A stretch of 64,000 nt of DNA from contig PKTX01000068.1 of NCBI GenBank assembly GCA_002868945.1, positions 4,505 through 68,504 of the forward strand, written 5' to 3'. The notes under the pieces are model-generated. The model was given only the letters and a program-made list of their open reading frames with translations. It was not told where the DNA came from and made no database searches. Both the position numbers and the translations under genes were made by a program. This DNA is from Desulfobulbaceae bacterium (GTDB taxonomy: Bacteria > Desulfobacterota > Desulfobulbia > Desulfobulbales > SURF-16). Shown one piece after another: positions 1 to 10,063 of the stretch (its first letter is position 1; each line of letters opens with the position of its first letter).

Positions 1-1815
1 CTTGTGCACCTTTTTTACCACATCGCTGATGGAGCTGCTTTTGCCCACCACACCGGTGCTGAGCAGGTGATTCTGCAGGTCGACAATATACTTTAAGACA
101 TCGGGTCGTTTAAAGACCTGATCCCGGTTGCGGAAGGTGTCTACCTTGGCGATCAGGTCGTCCCAGACATCATAGGTCGTCTCATCGGCCAGGTCCATAT
201 TGTCCAGGAGGTCGTTTTCCAGGAGCGTCAGCATGGCCTCGGTGGAATCCTCTTTGGCGGCCCTGGTAAGAACAGCCAGGGCCTTGGCCACTACTGCCTT
301 GCTGGTTTCATCGGCGGCCAGGCTTTTGAACATATGGGTCAGTTCCGCCTCCGCCTTGGCCGGCGTCAGCTCCGCAAGTTGCGACTCCAGGATCAGGTAG
401 GCCTCGTAGGTGCCGCGAAAATGATTGTTGAGGATCTCGTCCGCCACCCGTATCTCATGATTTTTGGTAAACCATTTCACAGGGTTGTCGTTGACCTGAA
501 TTTTGCTGATACCATAGAAGGCAAAGAGGGTCATGATCATGGTGGCCATGATGATCAGTTTGGGCCAGCGGTGGACAAAACGGCCCTGGCCGCGCAGGAG
601 GCGGGCCAAAAGGGAACCGGTGCCGACGTGGCTGTCGCCGCTGCCCTGGGCTGCGAGTCTGTGCAGGCTCGACTCGGGCATCATCATGATGTAGGCGGGG
701 ATGAAGATGATGGTGCAGAACCAGGCGATCATGATGCCGATGGCCACAAAGATACCAAAGGCCTGCACCGGCGGGATGGGGGTCAGAGCCAGGGAGGCGA
801 AACCGGCCGCCGAGGTCAGCGAGGTGTAGAGCATGGGCATGAAGAGCTGGTCAATGACATGCAGCAAGGCCTTGCGCCGGTCGCCGACACGGGGATATTC
901 GTCAAAGAATTCGCTGAGGATGTGGATGGAATCCACCACGGCTATGGGCATGAGAAAGATGGGGATCATCGAGCTCATGATGTGCAGCGTGTTACCGGTG
1001 CCGATAAGCAGCCCCATGGTGGAGGTCACCGCCACCATGGCGACGATCATCGGCGAGATAACAAGTCGAAATTGTTTGAAAAAGTAGAGCATGAGCAGGA
1101 AGATGACGAGCATGGCCAGAGGCGCCGATACCGCCATCTGCACGAACATCTCCTTGCCGAAGGTGTCTTCCGCCACCGGCAGGCCGGTGATGTGGTATTG
1201 ATCGCCGTTGTCGCTTAAGGTGGCGATTTTCTCCTTGAGCTGCTCACTCAGGGTGTGGGCGTATTTTTTGGAGGTGATGGGCAGGTAGATGCCCATGGCC
1301 TTGCCGTCCTCGGAGGCCAGGGTTCCCTTGAGAAGCGGATTATCCATGATCAGGTCGCGGATTTCCAGGGCCTTTTCCTGACTGGTGGGCGGCTTGGCCA
1401 TCAGCCAGTCAAAGCTGACCTGACCCAGGCCGGCCTGGACAATGGCATCAACATTGGATGGGGCTATGATGTTGCGGCTCACCACCTTGTAGTCGGGGTT
1501 CTCCGGATCGGAGAGGGTGGCGGCATATTGGCTCAGCTCATGGACGTGCCTGAGTGTTTCCGGGTTAAAAACCCCCTGCTCATGCCGTTCATTGACAACG
1601 CCCAGGACAAGAACGTCGTAGAGGGCAAATTCCTCTTTGGTGGCCGTGTGAAAGAGACGTACCGCCTCATCCTCGGCCAGCATGTTCTCCGGATCGGTAT
1701 CAACATGGACTTGCGGGATAAAGGCGCCGAGGCCGAGGGTGAAGATCACCATGAGGATGGTGATCAATTTGGGGCGTTGGATGGAAAACTGGATGAGTGT
1801 GCTGCCAAGTTTCAT
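1..1815 (-). CDS. MMPL/RND-family transporter permease (partial, runs off the left edge)
   Basis: Manual translation from ATG at 1815: MKLGSTLIQFSIQRPKLITILMVIFTLGLGAFIPQVHVDTDPENML..., many hydrophobic TM segments and a second repeat starting VNDNPVKWF. Not in the ORF track because the stop lies outside the window. Confidence 0.85.
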   Translation of the reverse strand, partial: MKLGSTLIQFSIQRPKLITILMVIFTLGLGAFIPQVHVDTDPENMLAEDEAVRLFHTATKEEFALYDVLVLGVVNERHEQGVFNPETLRHVHELSQYAATLSDPENPDYKVVSRNIIAPSNVDAIVQAGLGQVSFDWLMAKPPTSQEKALEIRDLIMDNPLLKGTLASEDGKAMGIYLPITSKKYAHTLSEQLKEKIATLSDNGDQYHITGLPVAEDTFGKEMFVQMAVSAPLAMLVIFLLMLYFFKQFRLVISPMIVAMVAVTSTMGLLIGTGNTLHIMSSMIPIFLMPIAVVDSIHILSEFFDEYPRVGDRRKALLHVIDQLFMPMLYTSLTSAAGFASLALTPIPPVQAFGIFVAIGIMIAWFCTIIFIPAYIMMMPESSLHRLAAQGSGDSHVGTGSLLARLLRGQGRFVHRWPKLIIMATMIMTLFAFYGISKIQVNDNPVKWFTKNHEIRVADEILNNHFRGTYEAYLILESQLAELTPAKAEAELTHMFKSLAADETSKAVVAKALAVLTRAAKEDSTEAMLTLLENDLLDNMDLADETTYDVWDDLIAKVDTFRNRDQVFKRPDVLKYIVDLQNHLLSTGVVGKSSSISDVVKKVHK

Positions 1816-2028
1816 GATCTCTTTCCTGTGACCGACGCATGCCGGAAGGTAGTAAGGTCGCAGGCACGAGGATCGGCCCCGCCCCCCGGGGATGATCTGT
1901 AGTGCCGCTTGCCTGCCGACCATGTTGTTGGCGCCGAGATCAGCCGCGCTGGGTGGCCAATGCTGCGGCGATGCCGGAGGTGGCGCCAGATGGTTCGGCC
2001 CTGGTGAACGGTTATGCCTGGTGAGGTG

Positions 2029-2325
2029 TTATTCGGGAATTGACTCCTGGCAGTAGAGCTTGCTCATGGTCTGCATCAATTCCAGGACACGGATATCATT
2101 AATACGGTTGTAGATAAAATTTGCATCCTTTCGATAGCCGATGATGCCTTGATTGCGCAGGATGGAGAGGTGTTGGGAGACGTTGGCATTGGTTGTCTTA
2201 ACCTCTTCCCGGATGTCACCTACGGTCATCTCCTTGTCCTGCAGAAGACAGAGAATTTTCAGGCGAATGGGGTGGGCCATGGTTTTCAACATGCCGGCGA
2301 TGGATTCGATATGGTCGTTGTCCAA
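2029..2325 (-). CDS. ArsR/SmtB-family regulator, BigR/SqrR/YgaV-like
   Basis: AHPIRLKILCLL, NVSQHLSILR winged HTH, C-terminal LYC; TTG start. Confidence 0.9.
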   Translation of the reverse strand: MDNDHIESIAGMLKTMAHPIRLKILCLLQDKEMTVGDIREEVKTTNANVSQHLSILRNQGIIGYRKDANFIYNRINDIRVLELMQTMSKLYCQESIPE

Positions 2326-2749
2326 AATGATGCCTTACATTTTCATGTGTTTACTGTGATGTTTTTGGCTCTCATTTGTCAAATCTGATTTGAACGGGGA
2401 AACTTTAATGATAGCCAGCTTCGCAATTTTTTCAATCGTTTTTATGTAATTTAATTAAAAGCTGAATCGTGCACACCTGCACGGTTTTGCCTCTTTTTCA
2501 GGCGCTATGCCGGGCCGGGCAGGGGCGCCCGCCCATTGGGCACGGTTCCGTGGCGGAGAGAGGCCGCCTTTTTGTTCTGCGGCAAATTGCCGCTGTGGGG
2601 CAGCTACAACATATTGCATTTTAATAGAGAAAATCAAGCCTGGAGCGCAGTTAATCCCATCTGATGTTTTTGGGTTTGTTATTGTCCCGAAGTTTCGTCT
2701 TTTTTAGGTTCGCACCTGTGGAGCAGCGCTTGGCTGAGAGCTAAGGCAC

Positions 2750-2791
2750 CAAGGTGCAAGGCCCAAGGCTCAAGGTGCAAGGTTCAAGATG
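2750..2791 (+). repeat. Heptamer tandem repeat (CAAGGYN-like) x6
   Basis: caaggtg caaggcc caaggct caaggtg caaggtt caagatg. Confidence 0.85.
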
Positions 2792-3015
2792 GAGAGGTGC
2801 TGCTTCTCCGTGGCCCCGTGCATTTCCTGGACTGCCGTGTCGCGGCCCACGCCGCTGTAGGCAGGCAAAGCCACGGTACGCCATGAGCCGCCTCTCCCCA
2901 TCTTGTGTTATCTTGTTGATGTTGTGTGGATTAAGAGTGGCGTGGCGAGGTTTTTTCAGCATGCCGGAATGCGGAAGGCAGAACAACTGCTTTTTACGCT
3001 TTTCTCCTGACGCCA

Positions 3016-3057
3016 AACTCTTAACTCCTGACTCCTAACTCCTGACTCCTGACTCCT
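3016..3057 (-). repeat. Heptamer tandem repeat (AGGAGTY on minus strand) x6
   Basis: Plus strand reads aactctt aactcct gactcct aactcct gactcct gactcct. Confidence 0.9.
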
Positions 3058-3088
3058 CAATTCCACCTGGAAAGTTGCAGTTGATTGG

Positions 3089-3919
3089 TTACTGTTTGTC
3101 GGTGTTGCCGCGGTGTGCCGGTGTGGCAGGCGGCCTCTTTTTCTCGACAACAACGGGCATGCCCGGCTTCAGATGCAGGCTGCGGGTGGCATTGCCGTGT
3201 GCCAGGGCGATTTCCAGTTGGTTATTGCTGTTGATGAGGGCAATGGCCGTTGCCGCGGTCGGTTCATAGGTCTGACTGAGGCCGGCAATGCACCTGTCCG
3301 CCACCCGTATCAAGAGGGGCTGGTCGTCGGCCGGAAAGGCCTGCAGGTCGGCAGCGTTGATGGTGGTGGCCATATTGCCGAAATGATCGGCCTGCAGACA
3401 TTCTCCTCGCAGTTGGTTGCCGACGAATCTTGCGCGGCGCTGCTTCAGGGTGACCAGGTTTTCCGTTTTCAGGACAGGACCCAGCTCCGACAGGGCCAGA
3501 CCGTTGGCCAGGGCCGCGGCCACCGGTGCAAAGATGTCGCGGCCATGAAAGGTGGCGGAAACGGGCTGCAGAAAGAGGGATTCATTGCTCACCTGAACAA
3601 CCCTCTGCGCTGCGGCCAGTACTGGGGTGAGCAGGCCGTTGTCCGGCGCCAGGAAGAGGTGGTGGGCCGTCTCCAGACAGATGATGCGACGCCTGCTGCC
3701 GACACCGGGATCAACCACCGCCACATGGATGGTTGCCGGCGGGAAAAAAGGGGCGGCCTGGGCCAGGGTGCGAGCGGCGGCGCCGATATCCTGGGGCGGG
3801 ATGGTGTGGCAGATGTCAATGATGTCACAGCGGCGCCCGCGGCCGAGGATCACCCCCTTCATGACAGCGACAAAGGCATCGTCATGGCCGAAATCCGTGG
3901 TCAGGGTAATGATGGGCAT
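3089..3919 (-). CDS. SAM hydroxide adenosyltransferase (DUF62, chlorinase/fluorinase family)
   Basis: ITLTTDFG, VAVVDPGVGS, APDNGLL, TFHGRDIFAP and DHFGN motifs. Confidence 0.92.
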   Translation of the reverse strand: MPIITLTTDFGHDDAFVAVMKGVILGRGRRCDIIDICHTIPPQDIGAAARTLAQAAPFFPPATIHVAVVDPGVGSRRRIICLETAHHLFLAPDNGLLTPVLAAAQRVVQVSNESLFLQPVSATFHGRDIFAPVAAALANGLALSELGPVLKTENLVTLKQRRARFVGNQLRGECLQADHFGNMATTINAADLQAFPADDQPLLIRVADRCIAGLSQTYEPTAATAIALINSNNQLEIALAHGNATRSLHLKPGMPVVVEKKRPPATPAHRGNTDKQ

Positions 3920-3923
3920 GCCT

Positions 3924-4904
3924 TTACTCCATGAGGCTGCTCACCGGCACCAACTCCACCTGCTCCTTGAGCCAGTTTGCCTCTCGTCGCAGGACAGCGA
4001 TGGTGGCCGGGCGCGGATGGCCGATGCCGATGGCTGAGCCATGCCGTCGGGCAATGGTGACCAGTTTGACGAGCTGCGCCTTTATCTTGGCCTCGTCCTG
4101 GTCATTATCAATAAAGATGTCGCGTCGCCCGGTTTTGACCTGCATCCTGGCGGCCTCGGCAAAGGCCACGGAGTCGGCGATGGTGATGGAATCGAGAAAG
4201 AAAAGGTCACGTTCCTTGAGGGCGGCCAGTACGGCCAGCATGGCCTCTCTGTTGCTGGTGAATTTGGAGCCCATGTGGTTATTGACCCCCACGGCCAGGG
4301 GGATATCTTCGAGATTCTTACGAACCTGCGCCTTGATGGCCCTGGCGGCCATCCGGGTGTAGAGGGCGCCGGGGCCGGGATCCCATTTGTCGGAGAGGGG
4401 TTCCATGGGCTGATGCAGGAGGATTTCCCGATTTTCGGCCCGGGCCATTTCCATGAGGGCATGGCCGTGGGGGGTAAAGGGCAGGATGGCAAAGGTGAGG
4501 TTGAGGTCAAGTTCAATGAGTTGTCGGCCCGGTTTCTGGCGGAAGCCCATGTCGTCAATGAGCAGGGCCAGGCGTGGCTTGTGGTGCTGCGGGGTGGGGG
4601 CTGGTCGGTCCGTCGCTTCTCTTTCCACCAGGGGCAGGGCCTCTTCCTCATGGGCCGTTGTGGCCGGGGAATAGGGGGGGACATGTGTCTTGCCCGTAGT
4701 GGACAAGGCCGGTTTTTTAATCTGGCCCAGGCGACTGCTGCCGGGTGTGAGAAAGACAAAATAAATCGTCGCCGCCAGGGTGGATGTCAACAACAGAATG
4801 AGCAGCAGTGGCAAGATAAATCGACTTTTCGAGGCCTTAGCCCTTCTGCGGCCCGACTTTTTCTTTTTGTTTTTTTGGGGCGCCATTTTTTCGGTAGATG
4901 TCAA
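3924..4904 (-). CDS. Divergent polysaccharide deacetylase (YibQ-like), N-terminal membrane anchor
   Basis: LIDDMG, LLHQPMEP, GVNNHMGS, FFLDS and AIGIGHP motifs. Confidence 0.9.
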   Translation of the reverse strand: MTSTEKMAPQKNKKKKSGRRRAKASKSRFILPLLLILLLTSTLAATIYFVFLTPGSSRLGQIKKPALSTTGKTHVPPYSPATTAHEEEALPLVEREATDRPAPTPQHHKPRLALLIDDMGFRQKPGRQLIELDLNLTFAILPFTPHGHALMEMARAENREILLHQPMEPLSDKWDPGPGALYTRMAARAIKAQVRKNLEDIPLAVGVNNHMGSKFTSNREAMLAVLAALKERDLFFLDSITIADSVAFAEAARMQVKTGRRDIFIDNDQDEAKIKAQLVKLVTIARRHGSAIGIGHPRPATIAVLRREANWLKEQVELVPVSSLME

Positions 4905-4932
4905 TCCGGCGGGCCGGTCGCTGCGGGTTTTT

Positions 4933-5958
4933 TTATTTGTCGCGGCTTAGCACATAGTGGGCCAGGCCGTGCAGGATATCCTTGCTTTCACACTCCTTAA
5001 AATCGGCAAGGGCCTCAAGGGCGGCGCTGACCAGGGTTTCGGCCCCCTGTTTGGCGTAGTAGAAACCACCGGCCTCGGCAATAATGGCGGTGACGTCGGC
5101 AATACGGGCTTGCCGGTCGGCCGGCCCGCCGCTGGTCAGCAGGTCGGTGAGCAGCTGCTTTTGGGGGGGCGGACTATTTTTGATGGCATGGATCAAGGGC
5201 AGGGTCATTTTCCCTTCACAGAAATCATTGCCGATGGCCTTGCCGGTGCTGGCACTGTCACCAAGGTAATCAAGAAGATCATCCACCACCTGGAAGGCGA
5301 GGCCCAGAGCGTCGCCAAAGGTGCGGATGGCGGCTCGTTGGTCCCTGTCCGCCCCGGCAAAAAGGGCCCCCACCTCGCAGGCCGAACTGATCAGGGCCCC
5401 TGTTTTGCCGCGCAGCACGGCAAAATAATTTTCCTCGGAGAGATTGACGTCGGCCACGGTCTGGGCCTGCAGGAACTCGGCGTCGATCATGGCGCCGGTG
5501 GCCTGCCCGATGAGGCCCAGGGTCTCCTGGCCCCCCACCAGACCTGCCAGGGTCATGGCCCGGGTGTGCAGGTAGTCGCCGGCCAGAATGGCGGTGCTGG
5601 CACCCCAGACCTCGTTGGCGGTCTTTTTGCCGCGCCTGGTGTCGGCATGGTCGATGACATCATCATGCAGAAGGCTGGCGGCATGGAGAAACTCGAAGAC
5701 CATGGCCAGGCGGTAGAGGTCCGGCGGCGGCCGCAGATCCTCCTCATCGGCAATGCCCTCCGGCATTCTGGTGAAGGCCACCAGGCGGCCCATCAGTACG
5801 GTCAGCAGGGGGCGCAGACGTTTGCCGCCGTTAAAGACGGCATAGTCAACAACCTCGGCAAGCCGACTGCTGCCGATGGAGCTGAAGTCGGCAGCCATGC
5901 TCTCGTTGATCAGCTCAATATCCGGTTGCAGGCCGGCCAGCAGTTCTTGTTTGTTCAC
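4933..5958 (-). CDS. ispB: Polyprenyl (octaprenyl-type) diphosphate synthase
   Basis: GGKRLRP, LLHDDVID (FARM), FQVVDDLLD (SARM), GKMTLP; GTG start with AGGAGG RBS. Confidence 0.88.
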   Translation of the reverse strand: MNKQELLAGLQPDIELINESMAADFSSIGSSRLAEVVDYAVFNGGKRLRPLLTVLMGRLVAFTRMPEGIADEEDLRPPPDLYRLAMVFEFLHAASLLHDDVIDHADTRRGKKTANEVWGASTAILAGDYLHTRAMTLAGLVGGQETLGLIGQATGAMIDAEFLQAQTVADVNLSEENYFAVLRGKTGALISSACEVGALFAGADRDQRAAIRTFGDALGLAFQVVDDLLDYLGDSASTGKAIGNDFCEGKMTLPLIHAIKNSPPPQKQLLTDLLTSGGPADRQARIADVTAIIAEAGGFYYAKQGAETLVSAALEALADFKECESKDILHGLAHYVLSRDK

Positions 5959-5980
5959 CTTGTTCCTCCTGGACCCTTAT

Positions 5981-6121
5981 CAGCCCGTTGAAAAAACTAC
6001 TGCATTTACTGATGCGTCGTCAAAGTTCGGCTCAAAATGCTCATTTACCCTATGCAAACTGCGCTTTTTCGCCTCATTTTTCCTAGCCTCAGCGGCGCTC
6101 GCTACGTTTTTCAACAGGCTG
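5981..6121. mobile_element. MITE-like element, family A, copy 1
   Basis: Terminal inverted repeats CAGCCCGTTGAAAAA...TTTTTCAACAGGCTG; abuts the helicase stop; homologous to 15684-15875. Confidence 0.75.
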
Positions 6122-8167
6122 TTACGGGGCCGGATAAGCCGTGCCCGTGGACGCCGTGTCGAGCGAGGCAGGCATGGTTTCACTGTTGAAAAAGTCACGC
6201 ACCTCAGCCGTGCTGCGAATGACCGGGCTGGGCGGCATGCTCCGTAAAAAGAGACGGCCATAGGATTTTGTGTAGAGCCGGGTATCAAGCACCGCCAAAA
6301 GTCCCTGGTCGGTGGAGGAACGCATGAGGCGGCCCAGTCCCTGGCGCAGGGTAAGGATGGCCCGGGGAACATGGAAGTCAAAAAAGGGATTACCACCCGT
6401 TTCCTTGATCCGCTCCACCCTGGCCATGATAACAGGATCAGAGGGAACTTCAAATGGTAGTTTGTCGATGATAACGGCGCTCAGGGTGTTGCCCGGCACA
6501 TCCACACCCTCCCAGAAGGAGGCCACGGCCAGCAGCACCGAATGGGTTTCGGCCCGGAAGGCCTCCAGCAGCTTTTGTTTTGGGGCCTCGCCCTGGACCA
6601 GGACGGGAAAGGGCAGGCAGTCGCTGAGATAGGCGTACATGTGGTCCATGGCCCTGATGCTGGTAAAGAGCACCAGGGCGCGGCCGGAGGAAGCCATGAG
6701 CAGTTCGTGGATCTCCTCCTGGACACGGCCGAAGAAGCTGCGGTCGCTGGGCAGGGGAAAGCCCTTGGCCGGGATATAGAGGCGGGTCCGGTTTTCATAG
6801 TCAAATGGGGTGGGCAGCTGCAGGGTGGCGGTGTCGTCGTCCAGGCCGAGGCGTCCGAAAAAGTAGGAAAAATTGTTGCCGGTGGTCAGGGTGGCGGAGG
6901 TGAAGAGCACCGATTTGACCGTATTGTAGAAGGAGTTTTGCAGATCGCGGGCAATATCAATGGGGGAGGCGGTTAGGGCCACGGTCTTTTCCCGCCGCTC
7001 ATACCAGTAGACATAGGAGGCATCGGGCGGTGCCGTAAAGTGTTCCAGGGTGGCGCCGGCCTCAGCTGTGCGGCGCAGAAAACCGTGCCAGCTTTCATAA
7101 CGCTGGGTCACGGTCTCAAGCTGACGGGCCAGATCCGTCAGACGGCCGGCCAGCAGGGCGGTTTCCCGAAACCACGCCTCCTCATTGGCGGCGATAAAAT
7201 CAACCAGGGGGAAACGCCCCTTGACCAGGGGGAAGAGACTGACGAGGCGCTGCGCCTGCCGGCTGACGCTGAGGGCCAGGTTCAGGGCCTTTTCCTGCTC
7301 CTTGTCGCCCACGGAGTCGGCCGCGGCCTTTTCGATATCGCGGGCCAGGTCAAGGAACTGGTAGTGGCTGAGACTCAGGCCGAAATAGCGGGTGGCGATA
7401 TTCTCAATATGATGGGCCTCGTCAAAGATCACCGATTCATAGCGCGGCAGGACCTCGGCAAAACCATGCCGACGCAGGGCCAGGTCGGAGAAGAAGAGGT
7501 GGTGGTCGACGATGAGCAGCCGGGCTCGACCAGCCTGCTTGCGCAGCCGGGTGATAAAGCAGGCGGCATAGTCTGGACAGTTGCTGCCCAGACATTGACT
7601 GGTGGTGGCGCTTATTTCACGCCAGAGGGGGCTGTGGTCCGGCAGCCAGTCGAGCTCGGCTCGGTCACCGGTGCCGGTCTCCTCCACCCAGTCGGCCAGG
7701 GCGTCAAGGCGTTCATTGGCAAAGAGGGGGCTCTGGGGTGAGGCGGTGAATTGCTGATAACGATAGGTGCAGAGGTAATTCTGCCGACCTTTGACACAGA
7801 GGGCCTGCAGGGTTGGGTCAATATGCTTTGTGATAAAGGGTATTTCTTTATGAAGGATCTGTTCCTGCAGATTGATGGTACCGGTGGAAATCACGACCTT
7901 CTGGCCGCTGAGCACGGCCGGCACCAGATAGGCGAGGGTCTTGCAGATGCCGGTTTCCGCCTCAATGGCCAGTTTTTTTCCCAGGACAACCGTATGTCCC
8001 CAGGGGTCATCCTCCTGCAGCATGTCGGCGATGGCCTCGGCCATGGCCAGTTGTCCAGGCCGCGGGTCATAGCCGGGCAGGGTCTGGGAGAGCAGACCGT
8101 CGGCACCGAAGATGCGCTGCATCTCGGCGACCGGCTCCAGGTTGAGATCTGAATCTAACCCTTGCAT
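6122..8167 (-). CDS. DinG/YoaA-family ATP-dependent helicase with Fe-S cysteines
   Basis: Q motif RPGQ, Walker A region AETGICKT, KGRQNYLC, DEAHH, TSATL, SFWEGVD, QGLGRLMR. Start placed at ATG 8167, overlapping the upstream gene end. Confidence 0.9.
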   Translation of the reverse strand: MQGLDSDLNLEPVAEMQRIFGADGLLSQTLPGYDPRPGQLAMAEAIADMLQEDDPWGHTVVLGKKLAIEAETGICKTLAYLVPAVLSGQKVVISTGTINLQEQILHKEIPFITKHIDPTLQALCVKGRQNYLCTYRYQQFTASPQSPLFANERLDALADWVEETGTGDRAELDWLPDHSPLWREISATTSQCLGSNCPDYAACFITRLRKQAGRARLLIVDHHLFFSDLALRRHGFAEVLPRYESVIFDEAHHIENIATRYFGLSLSHYQFLDLARDIEKAAADSVGDKEQEKALNLALSVSRQAQRLVSLFPLVKGRFPLVDFIAANEEAWFRETALLAGRLTDLARQLETVTQRYESWHGFLRRTAEAGATLEHFTAPPDASYVYWYERREKTVALTASPIDIARDLQNSFYNTVKSVLFTSATLTTGNNFSYFFGRLGLDDDTATLQLPTPFDYENRTRLYIPAKGFPLPSDRSFFGRVQEEIHELLMASSGRALVLFTSIRAMDHMYAYLSDCLPFPVLVQGEAPKQKLLEAFRAETHSVLLAVASFWEGVDVPGNTLSAVIIDKLPFEVPSDPVIMARVERIKETGGNPFFDFHVPRAILTLRQGLGRLMRSSTDQGLLAVLDTRLYTKSYGRLFLRSMPPSPVIRSTAEVRDFFNSETMPASLDTASTGTAYPAP

Positions 8168-9243
8168 GTCGCGGTACGGCGGGAGGGCAGGGCCAGCAGG
8201 CCATGGCTCCATTGGGGGGCTGCGGTCGCTGTGTGTTTGCGGCCGCACAGGCGGGCCAGGAGAGTGGTAATGGGCTGGCTGAGGAGGTAGATCTCAAGAT
8301 GAGGGGTGGCGCAGCCTTTTGCCGGAACCGGAGCACCAGTCGGCCCGGACCAGGGGTTGTGTTGCTCATGGGCCGAGGTCCACAGGGCGGCCAGCCGGCT
8401 CAGGTGGGTCAGGGAGGAGGAGGTCGGCCCCTGGGCGGCGATGGCCTGCAGCTCGCCAGCGAGCTGCTCCCGGCACTCCGCCACCTCCTGCCGCCAGGTC
8501 TGCCGCTTGGTCTCATAGTGGTGCGGATCCACATCGGCCTGGGGCAGGGGCAGACGCAGCAGGCGACTGGGGCGCTTGCCGCTCATCACTTCGTTGACCT
8601 CAAAGAGGGCCTCGGCCGCCTCGTTGGTGAAGCAGTGGAGGCACCAGGGTTGCCGGTCACCGGCCAGCATCAGATGGCCCCAGGCCTTGATCAGTTTATC
8701 AAGGTGGATGGGAAAGTGCGGTGCCGTGACCTCGGCCAGCGAGGGCATGAGGTCCTGCATTTCCGCCTCGCCTTTGAGCTCCTTGAGGAGGTCGCCCTGG
8801 CGCTGGTTGGCGCGGGTCAAATCCTCCTGCAGCTCACGCTGTTCGCGGCACAGCAGCTCGGCAAGTTTGAGCAGCAACCTGGCCTGCCACAACTGGTGGC
8901 GCTGGGCGCTGGGTGCCGTAGTGGTGGCTGAACCTTGTAGGGTGTTGATGATGTGGGAAATGGTATCCGGGTCGCGGTTCTCCAGATACTCCAGGGCCAT
9001 GTTGGAGAGCTGCCCCTGGTAAAAGGCGGCCTCGTTGCCCTTGAGCTCGGCCAGCAGCTGCTTAAAACGGGGCAGGTCCTCGGCCAGCGGGGCAGGGGTA
9101 TAGGCAGGGCAAAGCTCGTCCTGGTCCTCCGTATCCCCTTCATGGGCCTTCAGGTGGATGAGCTGGTCAAAGAAGAGAAGCTGATTGCGGAGATCGGCTG
9201 TTGCGATATCGGTTTCAGGAAAGTGGTAGGCGCTCAGTTGCAT
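8155..9243 (-). CDS. Hypothetical protein, probably co-transcribed with the helicase
   Basis: 362-aa ORF with host-like codon usage and a helical middle; no recognised motif. Confidence 0.7.
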   Translation of the reverse strand: MQLSAYHFPETDIATADLRNQLLFFDQLIHLKAHEGDTEDQDELCPAYTPAPLAEDLPRFKQLLAELKGNEAAFYQGQLSNMALEYLENRDPDTISHIINTLQGSATTTAPSAQRHQLWQARLLLKLAELLCREQRELQEDLTRANQRQGDLLKELKGEAEMQDLMPSLAEVTAPHFPIHLDKLIKAWGHLMLAGDRQPWCLHCFTNEAAEALFEVNEVMSGKRPSRLLRLPLPQADVDPHHYETKRQTWRQEVAECREQLAGELQAIAAQGPTSSSLTHLSRLAALWTSAHEQHNPWSGPTGAPVPAKGCATPHLEIYLLSQPITTLLARLCGRKHTATAAPQWSHGLLALPSRRTATCKG

Positions 9244-9335
9244 CGTGTTATTTTACTACATCAATGGGGGAAAAAATGGTAAGGCCTTACGCAAGGCCCT
9301 GTGAGACTGGAGAATCAAGAAAAAAAGTGATTGAA

Positions 9336-9626
9336 ATGACGAACAAAGAGAAAATATCCCTGGCCGGGTTGGTGCTTTTTTATCTCATCTGCGTGATCCG
9401 TTATATCCCCGGTGATCTTGGCATGACCCTCTATCATACGGTGAAGAGCTTTGTGACCCTGGCTCCCCTTGCCATCGGTCTGACCATTCTGGTGGTGGCG
9501 GCCATGCAGAAGATTGTCGGCGACAAGTTGCCCTGGGATCGTATCCTGCGCTTCTATCTCTTTTTCGGCATCATAATCGAAATCTTTGCCGGGTTGTATA
9601 ATTATTTGGATCAGGCCCAGGGCTGA
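9336..9626 (+). CDS. Small hypothetical membrane protein (about 3 TM)
   Basis: MTNKEKISLAGLVLFYLICVIRY...; three hydrophobic stretches. Confidence 0.7.
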   Translation: MTNKEKISLAGLVLFYLICVIRYIPGDLGMTLYHTVKSFVTLAPLAIGLTILVVAAMQKIVGDKLPWDRILRFYLFFGIIIEIFAGLYNYLDQAQG

Positions 9627-9636
9627 AAGGCCATTT

Positions 9637-9734
<98 letters not shown>

Positions 9735-9967
9735 GCCGCCGCCGGGCTCTGACCGGTTTGAACGTTAATGAAACTAATTGAAGTTTCATAAGAGGAGTCA
9801 GCAGCAACGCTGGCGCGCAGCGGTTTTTTGCTGCGCCTGACGACTCTCTCCTTGCCGACTCCATCTTGAAGCAAAGGAGGGATAGTCAAAAAAGACGAAA
9901 TTTTAATGTCTTCCGACCAGTCTGAAGGTTGAGTGGTTCATTGTTGCATGACACCCTGAAGCTTTGT

Positions 9968-10023
9968 CCTGCAAAAAAAAAACGCGGAATCCCGAGAAGG
10001 GGTTCCGCGTTTTTTTTTGCAGG
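9968..10023. terminator. Bidirectional intrinsic terminator
   Basis: A-tract, CGCGGAATCCC-GAGAA-GGGGTTCCGCG hairpin, T-tract, between convergent genes. Confidence 0.85.
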
Positions 10024-10063
10024 GTGCGCGGCCTTGTGGGGACCGCAGCCTCTTGCCTGAACT

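Noticed and set aside
9768-9789. Palindrome ATGAAACT-N6-AGTTTCAT as an operator
   Set aside because: It lies between convergent genes with no promoter to control; more likely a repeat remnant.
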